Positions 29,161 to 43,941 are shown, counted from the first letter of the stretch. The stretch is DNA of 64,000 nt from Octopus vulgaris (GCA_951406725.2 OX597821.1:61008001-61072000); one strand, 5' to 3'. The notes: generated by a model from the sequence alone, not told the origin. Translations and numbers: made by a program.

Positions 29161-30380
29161 CAGGAGAGGAATGATGCAATTAGAGCTGTGCTATAAGACC
29201 TCCACTGTAGGAATGAACAGGTACCTATCTAGTACAAAGGACTGGATGCTGCGACTCGTGTGCGAACACGAAAGCAGCAAAAAGCTGCATTCTATTGTCA
29301 AGGAAGCTTATAAGTTCGAAAGGGAACTAGACATTAACCTTGAATCAGATGAAGAGCCGGAAACCAAGCCGGAAAGCAAGCAAAGCGAATCAAGCAGACT
29401 GCAAAAAAGAACGGGCAGAATCAAATTGAGAAACGGTGGAGCCAGAAGCCCCTGCATGGACAATATATTCTCCGAAGCCAAAATGCTGATGTAGACCAAG
29501 CAACAACCCATCAGTGGCTGAAGAGTTCAGGATTGAAAGCAGAGACTGAAGGCTTCATACTGGCAGCACAAGATCAAAGCTTGTTTACCAGAAATTACCA
29601 GGCTAGCGTTCTCCGAAACGGTACTGATCCTAAATGCAGATTCTGCGACACATTTGACGAAACAATAGACCATCTCGTTTCGGGATGTCCTATGCTGACA
29701 CCAAACGAATACAAAAATCGCCACGATAGGGTAGGACAGTATATACATTGGAAGATATGTAAACACTACAAATTCAGCACTCCTGCTAACTGGTATGAAC
29801 ATCATTCTCAGCCAGTTGTTGAAGGTAAAAATGTCACCATCCTCTGGGATTTTCCAGTCAACACTGACAGAACGATCAAGGCTAATCGACCAGACAAATT
29901 GTTAAAGACAGGGAAGAAAATACCTGCAGACTAATAGAGGTAAGCGTCCCCACTGACAACAATATATCTGTAAAGGAATTTGACAAACTTAGTAAATATA
30001 AGGACCTGGAAATCGCAATACAAAAGATGTGGAATCTTAGAACAAAAACTGTTCCTGTTATTGTAGGTGCCCTAGGTATGATAAAAAAAGGATGTCAGAA
30101 ACACCTAGATAATATCCCTGGAGAACCATGTCTCAAGGAAATCCAAAAGATTGTGCTAACAAGTACTGCCCACATCCTTAGAAAAACCCTATCAATGTAA
30201 ATGTTTGTGTTGTATTACATGGAGATATTTCTCTACTTCCCCTCCCCAAGCTTTCAGCTATATTTCAACAACTCTTAACCTTCACTTGCCCTGGGGCGCT
30301 GGGTGTGCCTCGGCAAGTGATTGCATCAAACATGCAGATTAAAAGTAAATGACAATAATAATAACAATAATAATAATAAT
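29161..30380 (+). mobile_element. R4/Dong-clade non-LTR retrotransposon, 5'-truncated
   Basis: KPLHGQY, LKAETEGFILAAQDQSL, CCHC knuckle (CRFC..ETIDHLVSGC), RHD, ILWDF, NRPD...IEVSVP...K..KYKDL, PVIVGALG (restriction-like endonuclease). Stop at 30198-30200, two frameshifts, (AAT)n tail. Confidence 0.92.
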
Positions 30381-30599
30381 ACTATGGGTTACTCGACCAG
30401 AAGAAAATTGTAACTGGGCCCAAACTGCAAAGTCATGTGCTGTTTATCTTGATATGAGATCACCTTGTCGTGTACATATGGTTGTGATGCATGTACCTAG
30501 CGTACCCTTATCAGACTGGAAGTCATGACGGGTATACTGGGCTTCGTATATTTTACCCCAGTGTCACTTTGATGGCATGCACTGCTCTCTCACTCAATG

Positions 30600-30649
<50 letters not shown>

Positions 30650-30650
30650 C
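30381..30650 (+). mobile_element. (AAT)n-tailed retroposon 3' end
   Basis: Same family as 4463-5095; tail at 30596-30649. Confidence 0.7.
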
Positions 30651-31380
30651 CTATTATACACACAAAACATGAAATTTTGGGGAGGGGATAGTCGATTACA
30701 TCGTCCCAGTATTCAACTGGTACTTAATTTACCGACACCGAAATGATGAAAGTTAAAGTTGACATCGGGGAAATTTGAACTCAGGACGCAGTAACGGGCG
30801 AAATACCGCTAAGCATTCCGTTCAACGTGCTAACAATTCTGCCAGCTCACCGCCTTCACAAGAATCACAATAATCCTTTTTCCACTATAGGCACAAGGCC
30901 AGGAATGTCGAGTGGTGGTGTGGGGATAAGTCAATTACATCTTCTCCAGTACTCAACTGGTACTTAATTTATCGGTCCCGAAAAGATGAAAGGCAAAGTG
31001 TAACATCGGCGGAATATGAACTCAGGACGTCAAGACGGAAGAAACTCAGCGAGGCATTTGGGCTGCCGTGCCTACGATTCTGGCAGCTTGCGTTCGGGTA
31101 ATAATAATAAAAGCTTATTGGCATTTCTTCCGGCGTGGTAACAATTCTTATTTCTTTATTGCCCACAAGGGGCTAAACATAGAGGGGCAAACAAGGACAG
31201 ACAAAGGGATTAAGTCGATTACATCGACCCCAGTGCGTAACTGGTACTTAATTTATTGACCCCGAAAGGATGAAAAGCAAAGTCGACCTCAGCGGAATTT
31301 GAACTCAGAACGTAACGGCAGACGAAATACCGCTAAGCATTTCGCCCGGTGTGCTAACGTCTCTGCTACGTTGCCCTCTT
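30650..31380 (-). mobile_element. Cluster of SINE family B copies
   Basis: At least three units with ctggtacttaattta..cgaaa.gatgaaa; the best preserved is 31148-31375. Confidence 0.8.
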
Positions 31381-34064
31381 AATACCTATAATAAGGATGG
31401 CTTTCGATTGACGCACAAGGACAGAAATTCTGGGAGCAGGGGTGTTATTCGAAGCTATCGACCGCAGTACTTGGCTGGTACTTAATTTTAGTGTCTCTGA
31501 AGGGACAAAAGGTAAAGTTCACCGCGAATGGCAAGAAACAGGAAGAATAACTCATGACATTTTTCGACATTACTCTAACGAATTGCCAATGCACCTATAT
31601 TAATTGTTTCTGATTCAGACACGAAACAGGAAATTTAAAGGGGAGAGGATTAGTGAAAGCCATTGATTCAGTATTAGACTGGTTTATTTATTTTATTGAT
31701 GCTGCAGGAATGAAAGGCGTAATTGATCTAGGCGGGATTAAATGTTAGAAATTAAAGAACCAGAACAAATATTGAGACACAGTATTTGTTTTCTAACGAT
31801 TCTACTGGTTCACAAGCAATCAATGGTTGGCTCTCCGTCGGTTACAACGACGAATTTTCCAGGTGATCCAATGAACGGAACTTCCTGCTCGTGAAATTAA
31901 CGTGCAAGTTGTTGAGCACTCCACACACACATGTACCCTTAACGTTGTTCTCGGGGAGATTTAGCGTGAAAGAGAATGACAAGATTGGCCCTTTGAAATA
32001 TAAGTAGAACACATTTTTGCCAGCTCAGTAGTCTGAAAACAAATAATAATGAGTATAGTTTCGTTTATTTGCCAACGGACGAGAAAACATTACAGGGATA
32101 GACTGCAATAATTGAAGAGAGGTTACATTAAAAGGCGAGTGAATGAGAACAAATAAATGAAAGTATAGAGAAAATACAAAATTGTATAAAGCCACTATAG
32201 AAACAAAGAGGAGTACCCGGCTTAGCAAGCTGTGAATTCTAATAAAAGTACAAGTCAGAAATGTTTGTGGCGATGGGACAATAGTCGAAAACATCATCCT
32301 CATGATTTGACTGGTACATTATCGTATTGATCCCGAAATAAGGAAACGAATTTGATCTCGGTGGTATTGAAACTTGGAACATCAAAGCCATTTTGTTTTG
32401 ACGGTTCTGACGATTTGGCCAAAGACGGAAGAAATGCAGAAGGGCATTTAGGGCTGCCGTGCCTACGACTCTAGCAGCTTGCGCTCGAGTAATCTTAATA
32501 AAGGCTTAGCGGCATTTCTTCCGGCGTGGTAACAATTCTGCCAGTTCACCCTCTTAATAACTTGTGCTTCAATCGAAGCACAAGGCCAGAAATTCTGAGG
32601 GCAGGGATGTTAGTTGATGCTATCGACTGCAATACTTAGCTGGTACTTCGCTGGAATCTCAATTTACCATGGAGGGCGGAAAATTAAGGACGATCTCGAG
32701 GAGATTTGAACTTAGAAGATAAAGAACTTGAAGAAATGCTTGAAGAAAATTTGACTACCTCTGTAATAAATGTACCACTACAAACACATTTGTGTGCAAT
32801 AGCTTCTGCAGATAGATGAGTCGAAACAAAATTTATTGGGCCAAATATAATTCAATCCAACTTACGTGGAGAAACTAGCATGATTTATTTACGTTCTTCA
32901 TCGGCTTACAGCATGATATATTAATGCATTTCATTCTTAAATGGTTGGATTCTATTGTCGGATGTGGTTCCATCTAACCATTCTGCAATGCTGTTAATGC
33001 CTTTGTGCAGAATTCTTCTATGCAGAGCGTCAGTTTTAGAAATTAAAGCACAGTAAATATACCTATAGTCATGAAAATGAACAATCTAATGTAATACGCT
33101 ACAATATAATGTACAACTCTGTGGAATGAAACTCACAGCACCTTCAGAGAATTATTTAGTGAATTGCTCAGTAACAAACTTCATGTGACGAGCATGATAA
33201 CTTTAATTAATCAAGCCTAATATCCGTATCATGGAGAGTTAAACATTATTGGCCAATGTTTAATTCAAATAAAGGCAATCCAGTGACTCAGGAAAAAAAA
33301 GCTACAACAAAAATATCGTTTTAATGGGTTAACGCACCAGATTCCTAAATTAATTAAAACTGGAAATAGACAATTCGGTGCTATTTATTAAAGAACTACG
33401 CAAATTCAGTGGTTAATATTCTAGTAGTAGCAGATTTCGAATTGCAGAAACCAGCGGCGACCAGCAGTCATGTCTTTTGTTGTTAATGCTCATATTATTA
33501 AAATTCTCCTACTTCAATTTTGTTTCGTACTTTTTTTAATTTGTTGTTATTTTGCTGCTGTCAAATTCATTTCGTTCCTATTATAATAGTTCTTCATTGT
33601 TGACTTCTCTTTTATTGAATTTTCTGCATGATGGCTATTGAAGTGGCATTATTAAGGCGACTTTCTGGTATCGATAAATCTACTTTCTTTCTCCACAAGA
33701 TTTTCCTTTATTTCTGTTTATTTCTTCAGACACACACACACACAGACGCAATATTTATACATACATTTATATGCACGCGCAAACATATACATAGACACAA
33801 ATATATAATCACACGCGCACACGCACTGACGCACACATATATTATCTTTTTTTTTCCTTCTTACTTGTTTCACTCATTGAACTGCGGCCATGCTGCTGCG
33901 CCGCCTTAGGTTTCGTCAAAAAAGTCGCCCCCAGTAATTATTTTCAATTACTTGTCCTATAGAATCATTTTGTTGAACCGCTAAGTTATGGGTACATAAC
34001 TCAAACGGTGATTGGGGAAAGCACAAACGCAAGGAAACACACACACACACAAACACGCACACAC

Positions 34065-34114
<50 letters not shown>

Positions 34115-34332
34115 AAGTTAACTTTTGAAAGTGCATTTTGAAGGACATAAAACTGTAAATAATAATCTGTAATTATTTGATAAAACATCCCTTGGATAGA
34201 AAAAAGAGAATGGCTTTTCTATCTAAAAGATCCTATAACTCAATATTTACATGCTATTATTTATAGCCTTATGTATTTCAAGATCCACTGTTCCAAATGA
34301 AAATTATTTCATACTCTCTTTAAGTTAATAAA

Positions 34333-34388
<56 letters not shown>

Positions 34389-34475
34389 TATTAGAGACAA
34401 AACCACTATTTTGCAAAACAAATAAGGAAAGACTTAATCAATACATAAAATTTTAATAAATAGTCAAAAAAACCG

Positions 34476-34518
34476 CCACTACAATCGTTTCTTGTCTTGA
34501 TCGACAATCTTCAGGTGG
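34476..34518 (-). ncRNA. Minimal type I hammerhead ribozyme (left arm)
   Basis: Exact reverse complement of 37115-37157. Confidence 0.8.
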
Positions 34519-37114
34519 ACTTCAATCTAAAATATCAATATTTTAAAATATACAAATAATAATTTTAAAATAATTAAAGTATGAATGAAAAAATATAAAT
34601 ATATAATCCATATATAACCTATATATAATCCATATATAATCAATATATAAACATTATATAAACTAAAATAAACCTATCAACAATTAAATATAAAATATAA
34701 AATATAAAATATAAAATATAAAACAAAACAAAAAAATAATAATAATATAATAATAAACTATATATACACCCATACACATATACCTAATTATATATAACCA
34801 TATCTAACTACATACACTAAACCACACACCTATATATATATCCCTATACATACACATAAAAACGTCTAGGCAACTATAAATAAATAAAATAGCTAAATAC
34901 TTCAACACAATACTTATTCATACTCCCACACACACACACATACAACCCACATTCACGCTCTAGAAAACGGACATCACTCAAAATTATGAACGGAGAAATG
35001 GAATAAATGGAATTAAAAATTATATTCACTTGGTAAAACGAACACTACTTAAAAATTATGAATGAAACAATGCAATAAAACAACAGACATCGCAAATATA
35101 CACAAATTACTACGAATTCCTTAACAAACCTACCATGATAAACCAAAACTCACAAAAACATATAATGATAAAATCTCCCTTTACTAAACTCTATAACATA
35201 CCTATATAGCAATCCCCCTAACCTAAACATTCACACACAAATACACACACGTAAACCACACACCCACGACATATACAAATACCCACACCACTTACACAAA
35301 CCAATACATACATATAAACCTCAACATATACTCCAAAAACCCACTCAACCCCACACAGACAAATAAACACAAAAATTATGAATGGATTCTTTTATAAAAC
35401 TACCATGATAAGCTAAAACTCACAAAACAGAAATGATAAAACCTCCCTTTACTAAACACTATAACATACTTATATAGCAATCCCTTTAACCTATACATTC
35501 ACACACAAAAACACACATGTAAACCACACACCCATAACAAATACAAACACCCACCCCACTCACACACACCCACAAGTACATATAAGCCTCAACATATACA
35601 CGAACAAAATTACTTTACCAAGGAACTTAACATATGTATAAAAAGTGAGGTTTATAAGTTAGTATAGGTATGTGTATAAGTCGTGGGTCTGTGATTTACG
35701 TGTGTGTATTTGTGTGTGAATGTTTAGGTTAGGGGGATTGCTATATAGGTTTGTTATAGAGTTTAGCAAAGGGAGATTTTATCGTTATATGTTTTTAAGA
35801 GTTTTGGTTTATCATGGTTTTTTTAGGGAATTCGTGGTAATTTGTCTATTTTCGATGTTGGTTGTTTTATTGCATTGTTTCATTCATAATTTTTGAGTGG
35901 TGTTCGTTTTGCCACGTGAATATTATTTTTAATTCCATTTATTCCATTTCTCCATTCATTAATTTAGAGATGTTCGTTTCCGGAGCGGTTATACTTTTTA
36001 TACATATGTTAAGTTCCTTGGTAAAGTAATTTTGTTCGTGTATATGTTGAGGCTTATATGTACTTGTGGGTGTGTGTGAGTGGGGTGGGTGTTTGTATTT
36101 GTTATGGGTGTGTGGTTTACATGTGTGTTTTTGTGTGTGAATGTATAGGTTAAAGGGATTGCTATATAAGTATGTTATAGTGTTTAGTAAAGGGAGGTTT
36201 TATCATTTCTGTTTTGTGAGTTTTAGCTTATCATGGTAGTTTTATAAAAGAATCCATTCATAATTTTTGTGTTTATTTGTCTGTGTGGGGTTGAGTGGGT
36301 TTTTGGAGTATATGTTGAGGTTTATATGTATGTATTGGTTTGTGTTAGTGGTGTGGGTTTTTGTATATGTCTTGGGTGTGTGGTTTACGTGTGTGTATTT
36401 GTGTGTGAATGTTTAGGTTAGGGGATTGCTATATAGGTATGTTATAGAGTTTAGTAAAGGGAGATTTTATCATTATATGTTTTTGTGAGTTTTGGTTTAT
36501 CATGGTAGGTTTGTTAAGGAATTCGTAGTAATTTGTGTATATTTGCGATGTCTGTTGTTTTATTGCATTGTTTCATTCATAATTTTTAAGTAGTGTTCGT
36601 TTTACCAAGTGAATATAATTTTTAATTCCATTTATTCCATTTCTCCGTTCATAATTTTGAGTGATGTCCGTTTTCTAGAGCGTGAATGTGGGTTGTATGT
36701 GTGTGTGTGTGGGAGTATGAATAAGTATTGTGTTGAAGTATTTAGCTATTTTATTTATTTATAGTTGCCTAGACGTTTTTATGTGTATGTATAGGGATAT
36801 ATATATAGGTGTGTGGTTTAGTGTATGTAGTTAGATATGGTTATATATAATTAGGTATATGTGTATGGGTGTATATATAGTTTATTATTATATTATTATT
36901 ATTTTTTTGTTTTGTTTTTTATATTTTATATTTTATATTTTATATTTAATTGTTGATAGGTTTATTTTAGTTTATATAATGTTTATATATTGATTATATA
37001 TGGATTATATATAGGTTATATATGGATTATATATTTATATTTTTTCATTCATACTTTAATTATTTTAAAATTATTATTTGTATATTTTAAAATATTGATA
37101 TTTTAGATTGAAGT

Positions 37115-37157
37115 CCACCTGAAGATTGTCGATCAAGACAAGAAACGATTGTAGTGG
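37115..37157 (+). ncRNA. Minimal type I hammerhead ribozyme (right arm)
   Basis: ccac-CTGAAGA-ttgtc(gatcaa)gacaa-GAAA-c-gatt-gTA-gtgg; predicted cleavage 3' of A37153. Confidence 0.8.
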
Positions 37158-37333
37158 CGGTTTTTTTGACTATTTATTAAAATTTTATGTATTGATTAAG
37201 TCTTTCCTTATTTGTTTTGCAAAATAGTGGTTTTGTCTCTAATAATATTTTATAATATTTTACTATAAAATTGGATTTAATCCTAAATCTGATTTTTCTT
37301 CCCTGTAAATTTGGATTTATTCCCTAATATTTA

Positions 37334-37709
<376 letters not shown>

Positions 37710-38635
37710 AGAGAGAGAGCGAGAGAGAGAGAGAGAGAGAAAGAGTGAGAGAGAGAGAAAAGGAGAAATAGGTAGATAGAATACATAGATAGGTAGACAG
37801 ATAAAACGGGGACATTTCTCTACCAAACTCACTCACAAAGCATTGGTCGGCTCGGGACTGTTGTAGAAGACACTTGCCCAAGGTGCCGTACCAAGGGACT
37901 GAACTGGGAACCCAGTGGTTGCAAAGCGAGCTTCGTTACCATATAACCTACACGCGCATACACACAGACACGCACGCATACACACACTTACAATTTAGGT
38001 ATTGAAAGAGTGAGAGAGAAAGAAAGAAAGAATGAGAGAAAGAGTGAAAGAGGGAGAGAGAGATAGAGAAAGGAAGCAGATACAGTGAACCTTCGTTTAG
38101 ACTAGGAGTCTGCTGAAATAGACAAGAAAGAAAATATTGTGATCTGAAAATTATATTGTGTTGAATGGGAAGGGAGAAGAATTCAGAGTTTGGGGACATG
38201 TTGATAAGATCCAAAATGTTTTGTGATTCGTCACTTGCTGTACCCCAACATATCCATAATTTAGTAAAAACAAATAATAATAGTAATGACACTATGTTAC
38301 CTAGTTTTCCGCGTATACTAATACCGAATGCATGTAAACTAGCAGACATATAATTCGCAGTAACATTTGATCTATAGTCTAAAACGAAAGGGCATTCTTG
38401 TTATACGCTCACGTTTTGGCTTGACTTATAACAGGAAATTTTGCTTACATTATTATATCAAGTTTATAAACGATTTATATCTGTATACACACAGACACAC
38501 ACACACACACACACACTCATACACATGTATATATACACTTATATGCATGTATGTATTTGCATGCATATCTATAAATTAGCTACTAGTAGTAGAAGTAGTT
38601 TTGTACACACACGTGTTTTGTGTATATACACAAAT

Positions 38636-38683
<48 letters not shown>

Positions 38684-38791
38684 ACCAGAGTGAGTACATA
38701 AATGTCAAACAAGGTAGGACAAAATAGTACTCGAATACCGGAGGTAGAGTAATATGCTTTATTATTAAAATGGCAAAAATGTCACAAAAAA

Positions 38792-38827
38792 TGCTACTGA
38801 GAGTTTCACATTCCCGTTCGTCGGACA
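38792..38827 (-). ncRNA. Degenerate minimal hammerhead in a PLE-like remnant
   Basis: Minus strand tgt-CCGACGA-acg(ggaa)tgt-GAAAc-tctca-gTA-gca; partial inverted copy at 38837-38860. Confidence 0.4.
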
Positions 38828-39975
38828 ATCATAACTGAAATTCTGAGTAGCAGTTTTTTTCAGATATTTTTGAGATGTTTTTACAGATAATTTTGTGATG
38901 TATATGTATGTATGGGTGTCATAATTTTGCAGCTTCAACTAACAAGTGAAATTAGCAACTCCATGGTAAACGCCTATTCTTAGGAGTAGTTGAGTCATTG
39001 AACGATGTAACATAGATTTGAGACTATCCAGTCCGGAATCTTCAGTGTCCAATTTATATGTTGAGAAACTTGACCTTAGTAATTTAGTTTTATTCCCTTG
39101 CCTATAAACCTGTCTGCTCTAATTAGGTCAGATTAGAGGAAAGACTGGAATAGAAGAAAATATGGTGCTGAGACATAATGGATGGTTTGCCTGTGTTGTA
39201 TTTCTAATTTAATATAGTACGTGGCCAAATAAATGTCTGTATTCATTAGGAATAGTTTATTCACGGAAACGTTCTTGATTTATTTATCTACATATTTATG
39301 TCTGTTGTTTGGCCTCGTTTCTTTTCAGTTATTGTAAAAAATGAGGCATAGCCAAACAACTTGATCCCCTGAGCTCCAGAGAACCATTAATATGTAACAT
39401 TCATTATTTCAAAGCAGTATTTAGATTGTAACTTTGCTCAAACTTCAGAAGCAACAAAAAACGGCAAACATCCAATACGTGAATAAACAAAATTGCAATA
39501 CAAAAGCATTGTTACAAATAGCTAATCTGTCTCCAGCATTTTACATCTCTCTCACTCTCTCTCTCTCTCACCGATATTCTCTGGCAAAGTACACAGCTTA
39601 ATTGAATCCCCGTTCTTGTAGTTCGATATGAAATTTTATACGCTCTTAGAAATAAATCATATTGGCAACAGTTTTCAAGGGAACTCTGTACACAATAATA
39701 ATACTGCATGGGATATCTATTAGCAACAGGGGGACAATCAAACTGCGCAACTAGCTCATATATTTGCCTGTACTGTATCTACAAATATAGGATAACAAGG
39801 ACTAACTGGCGAAATTTCAACGGAGATGAGATAAACATTCCGAACAAAGGCGAAATAATTGTATTAGCCATAACGTAAATTTGGGGATGGTGGTGATTAT
39901 GATGCCAGGGAAGAAAGACATAAAAGCTTGTAATCATGATCATGACTATGATCATCATCATTCTCATTATACTAA

Positions 39976-40850
39976 GGCGGCGAGCTGGTAGAATCGTTAG
40001 CACGCCGGCCGGAACGCTTAATGGCATTTCGGCCGTCTTTACGTTCTGAGTTCAAATTTCGCCGAGGTCGACTTTGTCTTTCATCCTTTCGGGATCGATA
40101 AATTAAGTAGCAGGTACGCACTAGAGTCAATGTAATCGAATTACCCACGTCCCCACCAAATTTCAAGTGTTGTGCCTATAGTGGAATGGATTATTATTAC
40201 CATCACTAAGGCGGCGAGCTGGCAGAATCGTTAACGCGCTGGACGAAATGCTTAGCGGTATTTCTTATTTCTTTATTGCCCAAAAGGGGACAAACATAGA
40301 GGAGACAAACAAGGACAGACAAAGAGATTAAGTCGATTACATCGACTCCAGTGCGTAACTGGTACTTATTTATTCGACCCCGAGATGATGAAAGGCAAAG
40401 TCGACTTCGCCAGATTTTGAACTCAGAACGGCAGACGAAATACTTATTTCTTTACTACCCACAAGGGGCTAAACACAGAGGGGACGAACAAGGACAGACA
40501 AACGGATTAAGTCGATAATATCGACCCCAGTGCGTAATTGGTACTTATTTAATCGACCCCGAAAGGATGGTAGGCAAAGTCGACCTCGGCGGAATTTGAA
40601 CTCAGAACGTAACGACAGACGAAATACCACTAAGCATTTCGCCGGCGTGCTAACGTTTCTGCCAGCTCGCCGCCTTAGCGGTGTTTCTCCCGTCGTTACG
40701 TACTGAGTTCAAATTCTGCCGAGGTTGACTTTGCCTGTCATCCTTTCGGGGTCGATAAAAGAAGTGCCAGTTGAACACTGGGTGTCGATGTAATCGACTC
40801 ATCTCCTCTCTCAATATTGTTGCCCTTGTGGCAAAATTTGAAACCAATAT
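39976..40850. mobile_element. Nested SINE family B cluster
   Basis: Plus-strand copies start at 39976 and 40210. The second is split by an inverted dimer (40266-40674) flanked by the duplication ttagcggt(a/g)tttct. Confidence 0.85.
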
Positions 40851-42080
40851 TAGTATCATTATTTCATCTGCGCTCTACAGATCAAACTGTTGGAAACATT
40901 CCTAATATAGAGCTTCAACAAGTAACCTTAGATACCAAGACGCTTCTTAAGTACCCTAGCTTGGTCTTATAATACTGTTTTCTGGAGCTACACTAGACTA
41001 AGTTTTATTCCTAGATCCTCTATCCCTCATTTGTCTTGCTTTACCTACACTGCCTTCATTTATGCCTTTTTATCTCTCTCGCTTTTCGCTCACTTTTGTT
41101 CAGCTCATCCTTTCTCTTTTTCTCACTATCAAGGGGTCCCAGTTGTGATGCGGTTTTTCTCTGCAGCACTTAAAACGATCCACGTTGTTCTCTTCCTAAT
41201 TTTGTCTCTCTTTCTCTCCCCACTCTCTCAGTTTTTCTGTTCCTTTCTGTAAGATTACATGTAACTTACAATTATTTTTAATCAATAATATGATGGTTCT
41301 TAGGGTGGCGGCGGATTGACGGAATTATTAGCGGGTCGTGTAGACGTTCGTCCGCGGCAACTACCTGCTGTGATTCTTTGGTCAATGTTTCGCAAGTGTA
41401 TTACTCTTTTACTCTTTTACTTGTTTCAGTCATTTGACTGTGGTCATGCTGGCAAATCGACCCAAGGATTTATTTTTTATAAGCCTAGTACTTATTCTAT
41501 GGGTCTCTTTTGCCGAACCGCTTTTGCGAACATCGAAAAATACCTTAGGAATGGGAACTTAAGTTCGAAATTTCCTCAAGACACCTGATGAAACGTTGTG
41601 TTAACAACAAAAAAGATGTAAATAATGTAATTTTTATTAGTATTAAGTATAATGTCATTGTTTTACGGTATGTAGTTATGTTTTCAGTTATTATTGTGTA
41701 TTATGAAGGCGGCGAGCTAGCACAATTGTATTGACTATTCTGCCAGCACGCAGCCTTTCACCCTTTCGGGATTGATAAAATAAGTAACAGTTGAATACTG
41801 GGTCGATTATATCGACTAACTCCTTCCCACCATAATTCAGGTCTTGTAACTATAAAGAATTATTAAGGAGACGATCTGCCAGAATCATTAGCACATCGGA
41901 AAGAAATAATTAGCGGCATTACTTTTGACTCTGTACTTTGCCTTTCATACTCTTGGGATAAGATCCAGTTGAGATCTGGAGTAGATGTAGACGACTGTCG
42001 CTCCCTATACAAATTTCAAGCATTGCGCCTACATTAAAACTATATATTATTGTATATTATTGTGTACAGCACTCACTTAT

Positions 42081-42337
42081 GGAGGCGCGTGGCTTAGTTG
42101 TTAGAGTGTCAGCATCATGATCGTAAGATTGTACTTTCGATTCCTAGACCGGTCGATGCGTTGAGTTCTTGAGCAAAACACGTCATTTCACGTTGCTCCA
42201 GTCCACTCAGCTGGCAAAAATGAGTTACGCTGTGATGAACTGGCGTTTCGTCCAACTGGGGAACACATACGCCACAGAAACCGGGAAACCTGGCCCATGA
42301 GCCTGGCTAGGCTTTAAAAAGAGCGCATTTATTTTTA
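42081..42337 (+). mobile_element. tRNA-type SINE family C
   Basis: A-box-like tggcttagttgtt and B-box-like ttcgattcc. TSD acagcactcacttat/acggcactcaattat (42066-80, 42338-52). Second copy at 55382-55640. Confidence 0.8.
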
Positions 42338-43941
42338 ACGGCACTCAATTATAGGGAGTAATTCTAGACTGCCATCTGGCGGTGAACTGGCAAGTTATTG
42401 GTTTCTCTGCTTTCTTGGAACACGTGGGTACGATGTTGTTTATATAATTAATATTTTACTTACGATCTATTTGCGTTAGTCAGTTTCATATCATATATGT
42501 CTTTTAGGTGCAAACATTAGTTTAAATACATTTTCTATAATTAAAGTTTATGTTTAATAGTTGTAGATCAACATTGATTTATTCCCATGTCGTTGGCGAT
42601 TGATGCCCGATAGTTAACCTGATATGATATTCTGCTGGTTTACATTTGGTTCGATTTAATTATGTTTTCATCTTTTAAGTATGTTGGTATTTTCCTTACG
42701 ATATATGTATGTTTGTCAAATTTATATTTACGTTTTTTTTAACGCAGAAATATTCGTTCAAACACAGTTTCTATAATTAAGGTTTATGTGTAATAGATAT
42801 TGGTCTAACATTAGTTTAATGTCACGTTATTTTGTTTGAAGACGATTAAAACCCGATAGATAAAGTGATATTGCGTTAGTTTACGTCTGGTTCATTTTAA
42901 TTATGTTTTCGTGTTTTGTGTTAGAAGGTTGCTAGGTAGCAATGTCTACTGGTGGTTCATATTCTTTAATTATTCTATATGTTTACAATTCTAGGTTGTG
43001 TATTCCTCAGGTTAATATTAGTTCTCGTTTCATGTATTTGCAACTTGTGTTTTCGTCTATACTCAACAACATCTGTTCAATACGTTTAGCTTGCTAGTTC
43101 GTTTAATGTTCTCTGTATTTTTAGATTTATGATTCTTTGTGCAGCAATGTCCGTTCTGATATTTCTTTGTTTTCTGTATTTTAAGTTGTAATTCCTGTAT
43201 TTCTGTATTTTAAGTTGTAATTCCTAAACTATAAGTCTATGACAGTTTATGAATGGGATTTGACGTTTTATATTTGTGTTTTGTAGCAACATACCGGTGT
43301 AGAATATAATGTACACATTGTAATAATGTTTGATCCGTTGCTTCTTGTCTATTAACTCTCAGCGTTTATATTTTCAACTCTGCTGACATCGCTGGATTAC
43401 ATGGTATTACCGAGGTATCGAAAATATAATGATATCCCTCAGGCAGCTGATGGTGGCATGTGTACATATGTTTAATGATTAATTCTTAATTGTAAACAGC
43501 AACCTTATGATGGAAGAGACGTTGTTAATTTCTTTTACCCTTGCATATCAGTGACAATTAAATAACTGATAGAAAAAGAGAATCAGAAGATGTAGGATTC
43601 GGGCTGGAAGCTATTATTCGATGGTGGATAGCTTACTGCTTACCATCTGATTCAACAACTTGTCGTCGGTACCAAGTAGACTGCAGTATCATGTTTACTT
43701 AAGCAAGCAAGTTGGTGTTAAATATATGAAATCAACAGAATGTGACACGATAATTACAGCTAACGTCCATTCAAGCATTCTGACAGAAATCACTAAATAT
43801 ATACAAATAATTATAGCATATCACATTTTCTTATAACATGCTTATATCTTTGAGCATACTATTATTTTTAAAGGGTTGTTGATGTTATAATAAAGCAATG
43901 CTGACGACATTAAATTTGACTAACAGTTATAGACAAAACTA

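Noticed and set aside
42081-42150. tRNA-like sequence
   Set aside because: SINE head with a body, tail and TSD; no complete cloverleaf.
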